A stretch of 49,349 nt of DNA from a virus (taxonomy: Duplodnaviria > Caudoviricetes), in the IMG/VR virus record IMGVR_UViG_3300032290_001111, positions 1 to 49,349 of that record; one strand, 5' to 3'. The notes under the pieces were generated by a model, which was not told where the DNA came from, did not search any database, and worked only from the letters and a program-made list of their open reading frames with translations. Position numbers and translations under genes: made by a program. Positions 28,429 to 38,075 of the stretch are shown here, one piece after another (position 1 is the stretch's first letter; each line of letters starts with the position of its first letter).

Positions 28429-29672
28429 ATGGCCGACCTCGCCGAACAGGAAGTCATCAACAACGATGATATGAGCCAGATGCTTGCGTGGCTCAATAGA
28501 AAAACGACAGTCGAAATCGCAAGGCACGTAATCGCTTTGGAAAAGCGCGTGCTTCGACTATCATCAAATGCCCGTGCGCTCGCGTATATTGCCTCAAACG
28601 AGGAATTCGTGACCGGAGCACCACTCGACATGATCGAGTCGGTGTTTGGCAGGAAACTGAAGTAACAAAACGACTATGAATACACTGAAAGAACTGATAG
28701 AGAAAGCAACACCGCTGCCGTGGAGCTTCGAGACTGGAGAGCATTGCTGCTTCCACGCAGGCAATCGAGTAAGCATCATCCGATGGTCCAAGGATGGGCC
28801 AGATGAAAATAATTGCGAGACCGTCGCAGAAGTCTGGCCAACCTCCGGGGATTCGGACATCGCTGACGGGGCGCTCATCGCCCATTGCGTGAACAACTTC
28901 GCGCAGGTGATGGAGGCACTGGAAAGGTCGCATGAGGTCATCAAGGATCTCGCTTCCGCTTACAGCGACGACGCCACGTTCGATGAAAAGAATGGCGGCT
29001 ATGGGGCTGGGACGATGAGCATCAACGAACGGGTCATCCGCGCGGCGCAGACGATCCCCCCTGGGGAGAAGGAGGCTAAATGAGCCGCTCTGAACAAATC
29101 GCTGCGATCTACAAGACCATCGACGATCTGAGCGACGAAGGGTGCGATGCGCGGGTGCGAACCGACTACTCCGGACGGGCCATGTTTGGCCGGACGTGCT
29201 ACGGGATCACATCCCGCGAGCAAAACGACGAGCAAGTGATCGAGTTGGCGGCACGGAATGGATTGCGCGGAGCCCGCGTGGACTCGATGGGCCTGGGCGT
29301 AATCGTCTATTGGCCCAGCATCAATGGGGAGTCCAAATGAGCAAAACAACTCAACAAATAGCGGAAGACTGCGGGCTGGATACCAACGCGGTTCATCTGT
29401 TGGGTTTGGCGCTCAAAACTCCAGACAGCGACACGGACGAGACCGCGAAGCTCGGTGCCATCATTGGCGCGCTCTACCGGCGCATTGAGAGGCTGGAGGA
29501 CTGGAAGACAGAAGCAATCTCGGTGACGCCGCCTATGCAGGAAATAGGAGCCGCGCTTGGCCTGCCTCTCGGGGTCAGCATTCACGACAAGATACTCCCA
29601 GGGATTGTCGGAATGAAGGAGACCATCAGGGTTCTTGAGTGCAATCTCGCGGAAGCGGGAGGGCTGGCCTAG
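28429..29672 (+). CDS. Four hypothetical genes (28429-28665, 28676-29083, 29080-29340, 29337-29672)
   Basis: Coupled ORFs; 28676 has ATPLPW...ALIAHCVNNF. Confidence 0.6.
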
Positions 29673-29986
29673 TGCCCTGCTTCACGATGTCTTCGATGGA
29701 AACAACCCTCGAAGCGAAAGACCCCGCAACCCTGAAAGCCGCCCTTGAGGAGATGGGATTCGCCGTGCGAGAGATCGCCGGGCAGATCAACTTCTCAGGC
29801 CGGAACAAGGAGACCGGGATGTATGAGACCGGGAGCTACATCAACGGTGTGCTCACCGCCTCCAAGACACTGAGCGTGAACTCAGTGAAGAAATCCTACG
29901 CCGTACAGGTTGCGGCGCAGGCAGCAAAGAAGATGGGGTTTAAGTTCGGGCAACTCCCGAACGGAACCTACGTCACATACCAATAA
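29672..29986 (+). CDS. DUF1257/Ycf35-like protein
   Basis: KDPATLKAALEEMGF ... KSYAVQVAAQAAKKMGF pattern; near Ycf46-like ATPase. Confidence 0.6.
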   Translation: MPCFTMSSMETTLEAKDPATLKAALEEMGFAVREIAGQINFSGRNKETGMYETGSYINGVLTASKTLSVNSVKKSYAVQVAAQAAKKMGFKFGQLPNGTYVTYQ

Positions 29987-29991
29987 CGACC

Positions 29992-30210
29992 ATGCCAAAG
30001 CACAAACAAACATGCCCGATCTGCTCGATGCCGATCGGGGAAGGAGAGCAACTGATCGCCTACTACTTCGCCCCGAAGGACTGGTGGGTGATGCACCACC
30101 TGAAGGCTTCTCCGAACGAGAACCTTATCGGGAACGAGGAAATGCTCACCGTTGTCGGCGCGAAGTCCACATGCGCGCTGGCCGGATTCCGTGAACCGGA
30201 GATGAAATGA
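29992..30210 (+). CDS. Hypothetical zinc-ribbon protein
   Basis: CPIC motif; coupled to next ORF. Confidence 0.5.
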   Translation: MPKHKQTCPICSMPIGEGEQLIAYYFAPKDWWVMHHLKASPNENLIGNEEMLTVVGAKSTCALAGFREPEMK

Positions 30211-30455
30211 AGATCGAGCAACTCGACTCGAAGCCGCAAGGCACAATCTTCACCCACGAAGTCCTTGAGGACGGAACAGTGAAGACCACCAGCGGGAAGA
30301 TCGCCATGCCGATCCACTCAAAGGGTGAGGCATTGCTTCGCGACCTGATCGCGCAGCTCAACGGTGGCAAGGGAGCGAATACTCGCACCAACCTGCCTCA
30401 TGCCCATCGGGATACCGGGATGCACGTTCATGGCGGCGAGGGGAGGCAGCACTGA
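30207..30455 (+). CDS. DUF2997-like small protein
   Basis: EVLEDGTVKTT..., helix, His-containing tail; usual partner of Ycf46/DUF1257. Confidence 0.5.
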   Translation: MKIEQLDSKPQGTIFTHEVLEDGTVKTTSGKIAMPIHSKGEALLRDLIAQLNGGKGANTRTNLPHAHRDTGMHVHGGEGRQH

Positions 30456-31978
30456 TGAGCATTAAGGCACTAATGGACCATACGGACTTGCCGTGGAGCA
30501 CGGACTGGCAGGATCTTGACGGCCTAACCAGGCCCGATAGAGCGCTCGCCGCCCATTGCGTGAATAACTTCATACCGCTACTGGAGGCGCTAGAAACCGC
30601 GCTGGCCCCATTGGACGCCATTCAAGACGGTCGCCTGAATGATGCATCACACATTATTCCCGGAGCGATTAACAAGATCATGAATGCGCTCGCTACCGCC
30701 AAGGAGGTGAAGTGAGCAACCTAATCCTCGACCCTGACTCCGAAGATGCGCGAGAATGGCTGCGCTGGTTTCTCGGAATGATTGCAGATGGCGGGCTATG
30801 GCAAATCCCGAGAGCCGACACGGTGTATCAAATCCTGCATGGGAACAAGACCATGAAGAGGGTATCCGGTGGAGGCGACAGGGATACAGAAAAGGTCGCC
30901 AAGGCGATCGGATGGAGCGTGCAGGTATGACGCCATTCCGCAAGACCTACGAGAACCTCGCAAAGCCGCCAGGAGGCTACGCAGAGGTCGAGATATGCAC
31001 CGTGAGGCGCTACAAGCCCAGCGGGATGCTTCCGTCGCTTTACGCCCGCGTCACGGAGCCGCACCAATGCGACCCGGACTACGAGCTGGAGCATGGCTGC
31101 CCGACCGGACCCGTGGAGATCGGAGTATTCGGCAGGATCGACAACGAAGCGCCGCGATTGCTGTTCGTCAGCGACACCCCGGAATGCGCCCACGAGGCGC
31201 TTGCGATGCTCGGAATCATACCTCCCGCAGTAGCGACCCAGGATCATAGAAAAACGCTCGGCAGCCACATTGTCATCGCGGAGCGGGTCAGCGACAGCAC
31301 GCACGCCATCGTGGCGGCGTTCAATAAGCCGAAGCGCGTGACAAATGAGCGGTTCTCGCTCGCAGTGGAACTGACGCGCGTTCTACTATCACCATCAGCC
31401 GAGGTGCTGGAGAGACAGGATCTCCCAACCACGCTCGACGACATCCTCCCAAACAATGACGCTTCGATAACGATCGATCCGTCATCAAAATAATACAGAC
31501 ACATACCATGAAAGTAACTACAACAAAGATCGCAACCCTCACACAACCATCCTCCTCGGTCATCGAACCGAAACCTACGAAACAGGAGATTATCGCCGCG
31601 ATGGTTATCGCCGCGAGAGCTCAATGGAACGAGAGAAAGAAGGCGTCGGACGAGATCAACGAGGCTGCACGCCTGGAGATCGTCAATTACATCAAAACCA
31701 CGCCCGGGTTGCTGATGGTTGATGAGATTGACAACTTCGCCGACGTATCTTATCCGCGCAAGCGGGTGCAGGTAACGGTGGTGCTGAGGAAAGACAAGAA
31801 GCTCGACGGAATGATCAAGAATTATAACGCACTTGAGACGCTCTACGCCTTCGACGAGCACGCTATCGAGGAGAAGATCAAGAAGGCAATGAAGGCAGAT
31901 CCGCGCAGGGTGAAAGTCCTGTCGGAAAGCCACGAAATCAAAGCTGCTCTGGACAAGATCCAGCGCATGTTCAGCTAA
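30455..31978 (+). CDS. Four hypothetical genes (30455-30715, 30712-30930, 30927-31493, 31508-31978)
   Basis: Coupled ORFs with RBSs. Confidence 0.6.
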
Positions 31979-31993
31979 GCAGAGAAAACACCT

Positions 31994-33085
31994 ATGACAA
32001 AATACCAAGAATTCGCGAGAGCGAACCACACCCCAGGAGCCGAAATCAACGACCTCTGGCACCCCTTAATTCAAGTCGAATGCCAGGTGATGAACCAGGA
32101 GGAGTTCGAGCGCAAGGAGGCAGAACGCAAGCAGCGAGAGGAGGAGCGCGCCCGCATCCGCGAGGTCATCTCCAAGACCGCGGACATCAGCGCGGACCTC
32201 ACCGGCCGCATCGTAGTGAAGGTCTCGTTTGAGGGATCGCACGCGAAGACCAAGCGACTCACCGCCTCGGAGCGTGCGCTGGTGATCAGCCAGCCGTACA
32301 ACGTGAAAGGTGTGATCGGGGCCGAGAAGCCGCTGTTCGAGAGCGAGGCTTACGACGACCTGATGAACTTCATCAGCGAGCGCCGCAATGACTTCGCCTC
32401 TTACGGAATCCCGCACATCCACTTCGCATCATCGCATGTTGTTGACGTGATGCGTATCCCGGAGATCGAAGACCTGTCGGCCCGCACCGAGAAGCAGCTC
32501 GCCGAGAAGGTCGAAGCATTCGCGGCTGACTGGCCGCGCGCCATCGAGGCTGCCAAGGAGCGCCTTGGCCCGCTGTTCAAGGCCGAAGACTACAAGCCCG
32601 TGGAGGCGATCCGTTCGCTGTTCAAGTTCAAGTATGACTGGATGGCGTTCGGAGTGCCGGATCAGCTCAAGCAGTTCGACATCAAAATCTACGAGCGCGC
32701 CTGCGCGAAAGCGGAGAAGGCGTGGAAGCAGATCGAAGCCAATGGCGTGCTTCTGCTGCGCGAGACTATCATGGAGCTCGTCGGTGGACTATCGGACGCG
32801 CTGACGCCGAAGGAGAACGGCGATAAGAAGCGGTTCTACGCATCCAACGTCACGAAGATCCAACAGTTCGTCGAGGACTTCAAGAAGCGGAACATCTGCA
32901 ACGATGCGCTGCTTGAAGCGGAGGTCGAGAAGCTCAATTCGATCGTGTCGGACATCGACACCAAAGCACTGTCCTCGGACGACGCCCTGCGTTCATCCGT
33001 CAAGGCGAAGATGGATGCAACCAAGGAAGTTCTGTCCGAGCTTGTTATTGACGCCAACTCGCGTCGTATCACATTCGAAGAATGA
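31994..33085 (+). CDS. DUF3150-like helical protein
   Basis: 363 aa; LGPLFKAEDYKPVEAIRSLFKFKY and FKKRNICND motifs. Confidence 0.6.
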   Translation: MTKYQEFARANHTPGAEINDLWHPLIQVECQVMNQEEFERKEAERKQREEERARIREVISKTADISADLTGRIVVKVSFEGSHAKTKRLTASERALVISQPYNVKGVIGAEKPLFESEAYDDLMNFISERRNDFASYGIPHIHFASSHVVDVMRIPEIEDLSARTEKQLAEKVEAFAADWPRAIEAAKERLGPLFKAEDYKPVEAIRSLFKFKYDWMAFGVPDQLKQFDIKIYERACAKAEKAWKQIEANGVLLLRETIMELVGGLSDALTPKENGDKKRFYASNVTKIQQFVEDFKKRNICNDALLEAEVEKLNSIVSDIDTKALSSDDALRSSVKAKMDATKEVLSELVIDANSRRITFEE

Positions 33086-33194
33086 AACGCTTGATCAAAT
33101 GGATTCGCCTGCTGCTCGCCCGCAGGAAGCCTACGCCACTGGCCGACCACATGCGCCGGTTCAACGCGAAGCCCCCGAAGGTCACGGAGGACCG

Positions 33195-34200
33195 ATGACG
33201 CAACGCAAGCCCAGTCACCCCGGCCACGACGACCCGGTGGTGATATTCCAGGGCGGAGGATACGATGGGTGCTTCTGGGAGTGGAACGCCATCTTCTTCA
33301 CTCGCGATGGAGTCACAAATAGGCTTGTGGCCGATCCGCTGCAATCGTCAGTCTCCGGTCGCTCGGGGCGGGCGGTGTTTGAAGCATTCCGGCAGGGAAT
33401 CCGGGATGGATTCGAGACCGCTATCGCGAAGTCGAGAAGGGAGCGTCCATTCCGCATCAACACGCTCGCCCGATGGGAGGAGTTCCAGAAAGAATTCAAC
33501 CCCGGGTTCATCCGGTCAGTAGCAAGGCATGGGCAGTGGGACGTGAAATGCCAGGGTTGCAAGCGATACTTCGATGCAGACGAAATCTTCCACACGAAAT
33601 ATGGAGGAAACGGCGGCATTGGTATCGTATTCCACGACGTCGTATGTAGTGAATGCGCCGACTCCCAGCATGACCAGTGGGTTGCGCGCGACATCTGGCC
33701 AGGAATGAAGCCAAAAGAACGGATTGAAGCAGTGAAAACAGCAATCGAACGCGGCATAGACATTGATCTTTCCGCAGCGGAGCAGGACGAGTGTCCGGTT
33801 CCCGGCGATTGTGTGTATGAAAACGAACTATACTGATATGAACCCAACAGACCTTGACATCTACTCACCCGAGCAAATGAAGGTGAGTGCGTTTTTCGAC
33901 CGGCATGGAAGTCAGTCGTATGAAGCAGCAGCCACGGGGGCGCTTCAGGCGATCCGCGCGGCCCAGCTTCTTATGCTTTCGGTTCCGCACGCGATATTCA
34001 AGCGGGTGTGCTACGAGGAGTGCCTGAAGGCGAAGCGCGCTGGCGCAACCGAAAAGGAGATACTCCGATCGACACTGTTCGCCGACACGCTGGAATATCT
34101 TGAGAAATCCAACGGCGCCGCAAAGGCGTTCATTGAAGCGGGCGGGCTCGGTGATGACATTGCAGAGTCAATCCGCAAGGCAGCGGAGGAAGAGCAATGA
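33195..34200 (+). CDS. Two hypothetical genes (33195-33836 with zinc ribbon, 33838-34200)
   Basis: ORFs with RBS; QGGGYDGCFWEWN motif, CxxC pairs. Confidence 0.6.
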
Positions 34201-34970
34201 GGGCGATTCTGTCGATCTTGCTTGCGGCCTCGGCGGCGTTCGCGCAGGACGCAAATTCCCGAGCGGCGCAGAAACATCCGGCGCTCAAGGTGCAGGGGAG
34301 CGAATTGCATTCACGGTTCATGACCCTGTACGGGGAGGCGGTGAAGACACAGTCGCCAGTCCTCAGCGACCCGGAATGGCCGACCGTTCTGGCCGACAGG
34401 GCCGCGGCGGACATAGCAAAACCGAAAACACCTGCAAAGCAAGGGCTCTCCGGATTCCTCAATATTGCATGGGGAACGCCTCGCGACGAGGCGGTCAGGC
34501 TTATGTCGGCTCGCGATGGGGTGACTGTATCGGAAGGCAGCGCATCCGCGGCTCTCTTCAAGGGCGGTCAATTCGCTGGCGTGGACGTATCCCTGTGGGC
34601 GCTAGCGTTCGACAAGGAAGGAAGAATGCACACGGGGCGCGCGTCGATGCACCCAAGGCCGAGCACCCTTCTCGACAAATACAGCGACATCAAATCGTTG
34701 ATGGCCGAGAAGTACGGCAAACCCGCCACGGACATATACCGGTTCCACTACCCATACGACAGCGATTCAGAGGGTCACGAGCTGACGGCTATTCGAGTCG
34801 GGAAGGCGACCATTGCGTCCTACTGGACATTCCCATCCCCAGGCAAGCCGGACAACATCATCAGCGTTCGAGTAACCGAGTCGCAGGCGATCATGATCAC
34901 GTATCAAAACGGCGATCTGATTCGCGCCGTTACTGACGACAAGAAAGGAGAAAACATGAAAGACCTGTAA
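34197..34970 (+). CDS. Secreted/periplasmic protein
   Basis: Sec-type signal peptide MRAILSILLAASAAFA|Q; GFLNIAWG...EKYGKP pattern. Confidence 0.7.
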   Translation: MRAILSILLAASAAFAQDANSRAAQKHPALKVQGSELHSRFMTLYGEAVKTQSPVLSDPEWPTVLADRAAADIAKPKTPAKQGLSGFLNIAWGTPRDEAVRLMSARDGVTVSEGSASAALFKGGQFAGVDVSLWALAFDKEGRMHTGRASMHPRPSTLLDKYSDIKSLMAEKYGKPATDIYRFHYPYDSDSEGHELTAIRVGKATIASYWTFPSPGKPDNIISVRVTESQAIMITYQNGDLIRAVTDDKKGENMKDL

Positions 34971-34980
34971 CGCATAAAGG

Positions 34981-35015
34981 AAAAGGGCCGGGGAGAAATC
35001 CCCGGCCCTTTTTTT
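34981..35015. terminator. Bidirectional intrinsic terminator
   Basis: AAAA-GGGCCGGGGA-GAAA-TCCCCGGCCC-TTTTTTT between convergent operons. Confidence 0.92.
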
Positions 35016-35131
35016 GTGAACTCACGTCTGCGGTTCCGATGTTCCGGACGGTGCCCGCAGTCACCGCTGAATTAGGCTACAAGAATAAAGCCCCCGGCCC
35101 GCACCTTCGGCTGACGGTCTTTCGCTACAAC

Positions 35132-35434
35132 TTACGGATGAACATTGAACTCCTGCGCTGGTGCGAGCAAGCCCTTTCTGCGCGCCTCCGCTCCGTTGTC
35201 GCCGATCCAGTTGTGGCACGGTCGGCAGATCGCCAGGAAGAACCGCTTATCGCACAGGAGACGGCCAACCCTCCCCCTGATGTGATGAATCTCGGTCGCG
35301 CTCCCCTTGCACACCCCGGCGACTCCGGCCATGCACTTCGGATGCTCTTTCAGGAAGACGTCGCGCACCTTGTTATACTCACTGTTCTGGCGCTGTCGCT
35401 TCTTCGACACGGACTTCAGGCGGGTTCTTTTCAC
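35132..35434 (-). CDS. Small HNH nuclease-like protein
   Basis: C..C..ATEIHHIRGR...LAICRPCHNWI. Confidence 0.75.
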   Translation of the reverse strand: MKRTRLKSVSKKRQRQNSEYNKVRDVFLKEHPKCMAGVAGVCKGSATEIHHIRGRVGRLLCDKRFFLAICRPCHNWIGDNGAEARRKGLLAPAQEFNVHP

Positions 35435-35979
35435 AGCATCGTCCCCCGCTCCGCCGAGATTGCGTGATCAAGGATAAGCAGCGCATCGCAGGTCTTCAGG
35501 GTGACGTCGCAGGATGGGAATCTGCGCTCGGCCTCCCCCTTGAGCTTCGCCTTCCACTGTCGCTTCAAAAGACCGTTGTGCGCCTTGATTCCCTTCTTCT
35601 CGTCGGCCGTCATCTCCTTGGTTGCTTTCAGGAGCCCCTTGGTGCCCAGTCCAAGGGATTTCTGCCACAGCTGAGGAGTGACCTCCACGATTCGGATGCC
35701 GAGCGTTTCAAGAATGCACCCGATGCGCTCCACGGTCCTGCCGAACTCGAACATCTGCGACGCACCACCATCGGGGATGAAGCCCGTGATCTTTTCAATG
35801 TAGGCTACCGGTGCGCCGTCGCATCCGACTGCCGCTTCTTCCTTCAGGATGCCGCGAATCACGTCGATGATGCCGCGGCGGGTGTCCGGCATTGGAACTA
35901 CCTGGACCCCCATGCGGTTTGCCCATGCGATTCCGCCGGAGGCCCCCGGGTCCGCCCCGATGATAGTGCGCGAGGTCAT
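35431..35979 (-). CDS. RuvC-like Holliday junction resolvase
   Basis: IIGADPGASGGIA, AYIEK, VTPQLWQK, DALLI. Confidence 0.8.
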   Translation of the reverse strand: MTSRTIIGADPGASGGIAWANRMGVQVVPMPDTRRGIIDVIRGILKEEAAVGCDGAPVAYIEKITGFIPDGGASQMFEFGRTVERIGCILETLGIRIVEVTPQLWQKSLGLGTKGLLKATKEMTADEKKGIKAHNGLLKRQWKAKLKGEAERRFPSCDVTLKTCDALLILDHAISAERGTML

Positions 35980-36164
35980 GGCTCGATAGGCGTGCCTGCA
36001 CGCTTGGCGGCCCTTTCTGCGCGCTTGATGTCCACGGGCCGCGGGCTGGTGCGGCGGATTGTGAATCCACTTCCGCGATCACCATTCCCGATGCCCCTGC
36101 TGGCCCTCCAGCTCTCGCGAGCGGCGGAATACCCAACTCCGCGCTGATCCTTGAACCGGCTCAT
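35976..36164 (-). CDS. Small basic hypothetical protein
   Basis: ATGA overlaps on both sides. Confidence 0.5.
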   Translation of the reverse strand: MSRFKDQRGVGYSAARESWRASRGIGNGDRGSGFTIRRTSPRPVDIKRAERAAKRAGTPIEP

Positions 36165-36715
36165 TCAGCACCTCCTTCGATTCCGGGAAGCGCGGGCTGC
36201 AAGAACCCGAAGTACACTTGCCCGGCCTCGTCGAAGATCGCCTTTGCCTGCTGGACCTCGATGCTGTCCGCCCCGTGGCGCTTCGCAACCGAGTCGAACC
36301 ACCCGACCTGACGGTCGTGCTTTCTCATTCCGAGCTTCGGGCGTCCGTGGGTGTCCACGAGGACCTCGCCGGTGTGGTTCCTCCGGACCACGAGGAACTG
36401 CAACTGGTGATCGAGGATCGCGCGCTGCTGCTTTTCCTCAAGCGAATCCCACATATCGCCATCGAGGATGATCTCCGCGTCCCCGCACCCCTTGACGCGG
36501 TTCTTCAGATTCACGATCGATGTCAGCGCGTTGGCCTGGTATCCGTGCAAACGCACGGCGCACCCGACTTTCTCACCGGCGTCGTTCTCTGGCGCGAACG
36601 CCATGAGCACGTCGATTTTTACTTCCTGTGTATCAAGGTCCTTGTGGAACTCCTTCACCAGCTCCTTGACGATAGCCAGTGTTTCTTTGCCCCCTTTTTC
36701 GTAGCGTGATGCCAT
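36161..36715 (-). CDS. Phage metallopeptidase-like protein with degenerate HExxH
   Basis: DAEIILDGDMWDSL..AILDHQLQF..RKHD..VAKRHG. Confidence 0.7.
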   Translation of the reverse strand: MASRYEKGGKETLAIVKELVKEFHKDLDTQEVKIDVLMAFAPENDAGEKVGCAVRLHGYQANALTSIVNLKNRVKGCGDAEIILDGDMWDSLEEKQQRAILDHQLQFLVVRRNHTGEVLVDTHGRPKLGMRKHDRQVGWFDSVAKRHGADSIEVQQAKAIFDEAGQVYFGFLQPALPGIEGGAE

Positions 36716-36760
36716 GTTGTTTTGTGGCTGGTTTTCCCGCCAGCCGCCGGGTTGTTGAAA

Positions 36761-37084
36761 TCAGTCCGTCTCTCCGGATTTACGTGGTTGCTTTGCGTAA
36801 TGCGAGATGATCGCGTCGAGGACGTAGTTCCTCACGCGGCGAATGTGCTTGCAGCGGTAAGTGTCGCGTGGTTTTCGAACCTCCCGCCACCGCGGCATCC
36901 TGCGGGCCACGAAGTCTGTGCAGGTGCAACTCCCAAGCCCTCCGTAGTGCGAAATATCCACGGCGTATGCAGTGTCATTCTGAGTCATCGAGTGGGCCAG
37001 ATAAGCGCCGCGGCCGACTTTCGTGATCCTCATCCCCTCCAGGGTTACTTCTTCAGCGTCAGTGGTAAGAGTAGGCTTTTTCAT
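36761..37084 (-). CDS. SWIM zinc-finger protein
   Basis: YAVD..GSCTCTDF...CKHI. Confidence 0.75.
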   Translation of the reverse strand: MKKPTLTTDAEEVTLEGMRITKVGRGAYLAHSMTQNDTAYAVDISHYGGLGSCTCTDFVARRMPRWREVRKPRDTYRCKHIRRVRNYVLDAIISHYAKQPRKSGETD

Positions 37085-37088
37085 GAGC

Positions 37089-37517
37089 TCACCCAGCCGG
37101 TTTAATCTCGAAGCTATTCAGGATCTCCACCGCCCGGGCCTTCATATCCTTCTTCGCGTTCGAGGAATTGATGAACTCTACGAGCTCCCTCATTGCGGCG
37201 ATGGCTCGATCCTTCCATGCCGCACATTCCGCCACCAACCCCTCGACGGGCACCTCGGAGGCGATTACGCCGCGGGCGTGGTCGCTCCTGAAGTCCACAT
37301 CGCGCCGATCCGCCCTTGAGATCGCAGTGAGCATCACAATGCGCTCCTCGTCTGAGGCCGCGGTTACGAGATTGCAGTCCGATGCCTGCGCGCGAACTGC
37401 CGGAGTTCCGCACGGGAACACATGGGGTCCGATCTGATCAATCGCCAACTGCCACCGCTCCCCTGTCGGGAGATGATCGACGACGTCTCCGGCCCTGAAT
37501 AAAGTGTCCGTTTTCAT
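37089..37517 (-). CDS. Hypothetical protein
   Basis: FRAGDVVDHLPTGERW; coupled to upstream ORF. Confidence 0.6.
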   Translation of the reverse strand: MKTDTLFRAGDVVDHLPTGERWQLAIDQIGPHVFPCGTPAVRAQASDCNLVTAASDEERIVMLTAISRADRRDVDFRSDHARGVIASEVPVEGLVAECAAWKDRAIAAMRELVEFINSSNAKKDMKARAVEILNSFEIKPAG

Positions 37518-38035
37518 AGTATGTTCACAGTCAGCACTGCTCCGTTCGCCATACCGGCAGAGCGGGTTATCACATGAATGGCTTCCCGAATATCCACCGA
37601 CCGCGAGATTTCGTCATCAATCATTACGGGGCGGATATCGATTACAGAATGCGTTGCATCAAGATGCCGGACGCTCCACGACATTCCCAGGAAACACTTC
37701 TCGAACGCCTCCATCAAAATATCGACGATGGCCTTGTTCCATTCGGGATTCGCCTTGAAAGGGAGCTGAATCCCTCCCGATCTACGCTTCGGATCGAGCA
37801 GCGTCACGCGGGACTGCTTTCCTGTTACACGGAGCGAAGCCATGAGGACAACGGAAGAGATCGCCCAGATTGTGCGTCCGTGTTTACCGACTACGCGCCC
37901 TTGATCCTCTGGGTCCACCTGCACGATAAATTCACCACCGCGCACTTCGATGTCTGGAGGACTGCTGGGTCGCGTCATCGATGCGAACAGATTGCGCACG
38001 ACGTTGTAGATTGTTTCAGTTTCAGTGTCAGTCAT
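37514..38035 (-). CDS. KH-domain RNA-binding protein (KhpA/YlqC-like) with second degenerate domain
   Basis: VQVDPEDQGRVVGKHGRTIWAI with intact GxxG loop. Confidence 0.8.
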   Translation of the reverse strand: MTDTETETIYNVVRNLFASMTRPSSPPDIEVRGGEFIVQVDPEDQGRVVGKHGRTIWAISSVVLMASLRVTGKQSRVTLLDPKRRSGGIQLPFKANPEWNKAIVDILMEAFEKCFLGMSWSVRHLDATHSVIDIRPVMIDDEISRSVDIREAIHVITRSAGMANGAVLTVNIL

Positions 38036-38075
38036 TGGGCTCGGCTTCTATGCACCGCGATCCGCGCAGTCAACA

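Noticed and set aside
14786-34571. Minus-strand ORFs over the early region (e.g. 16186-17364, 15449-16237, 31244-32062)
   Set aside because: Shadows of the tightly coupled plus-strand gene run
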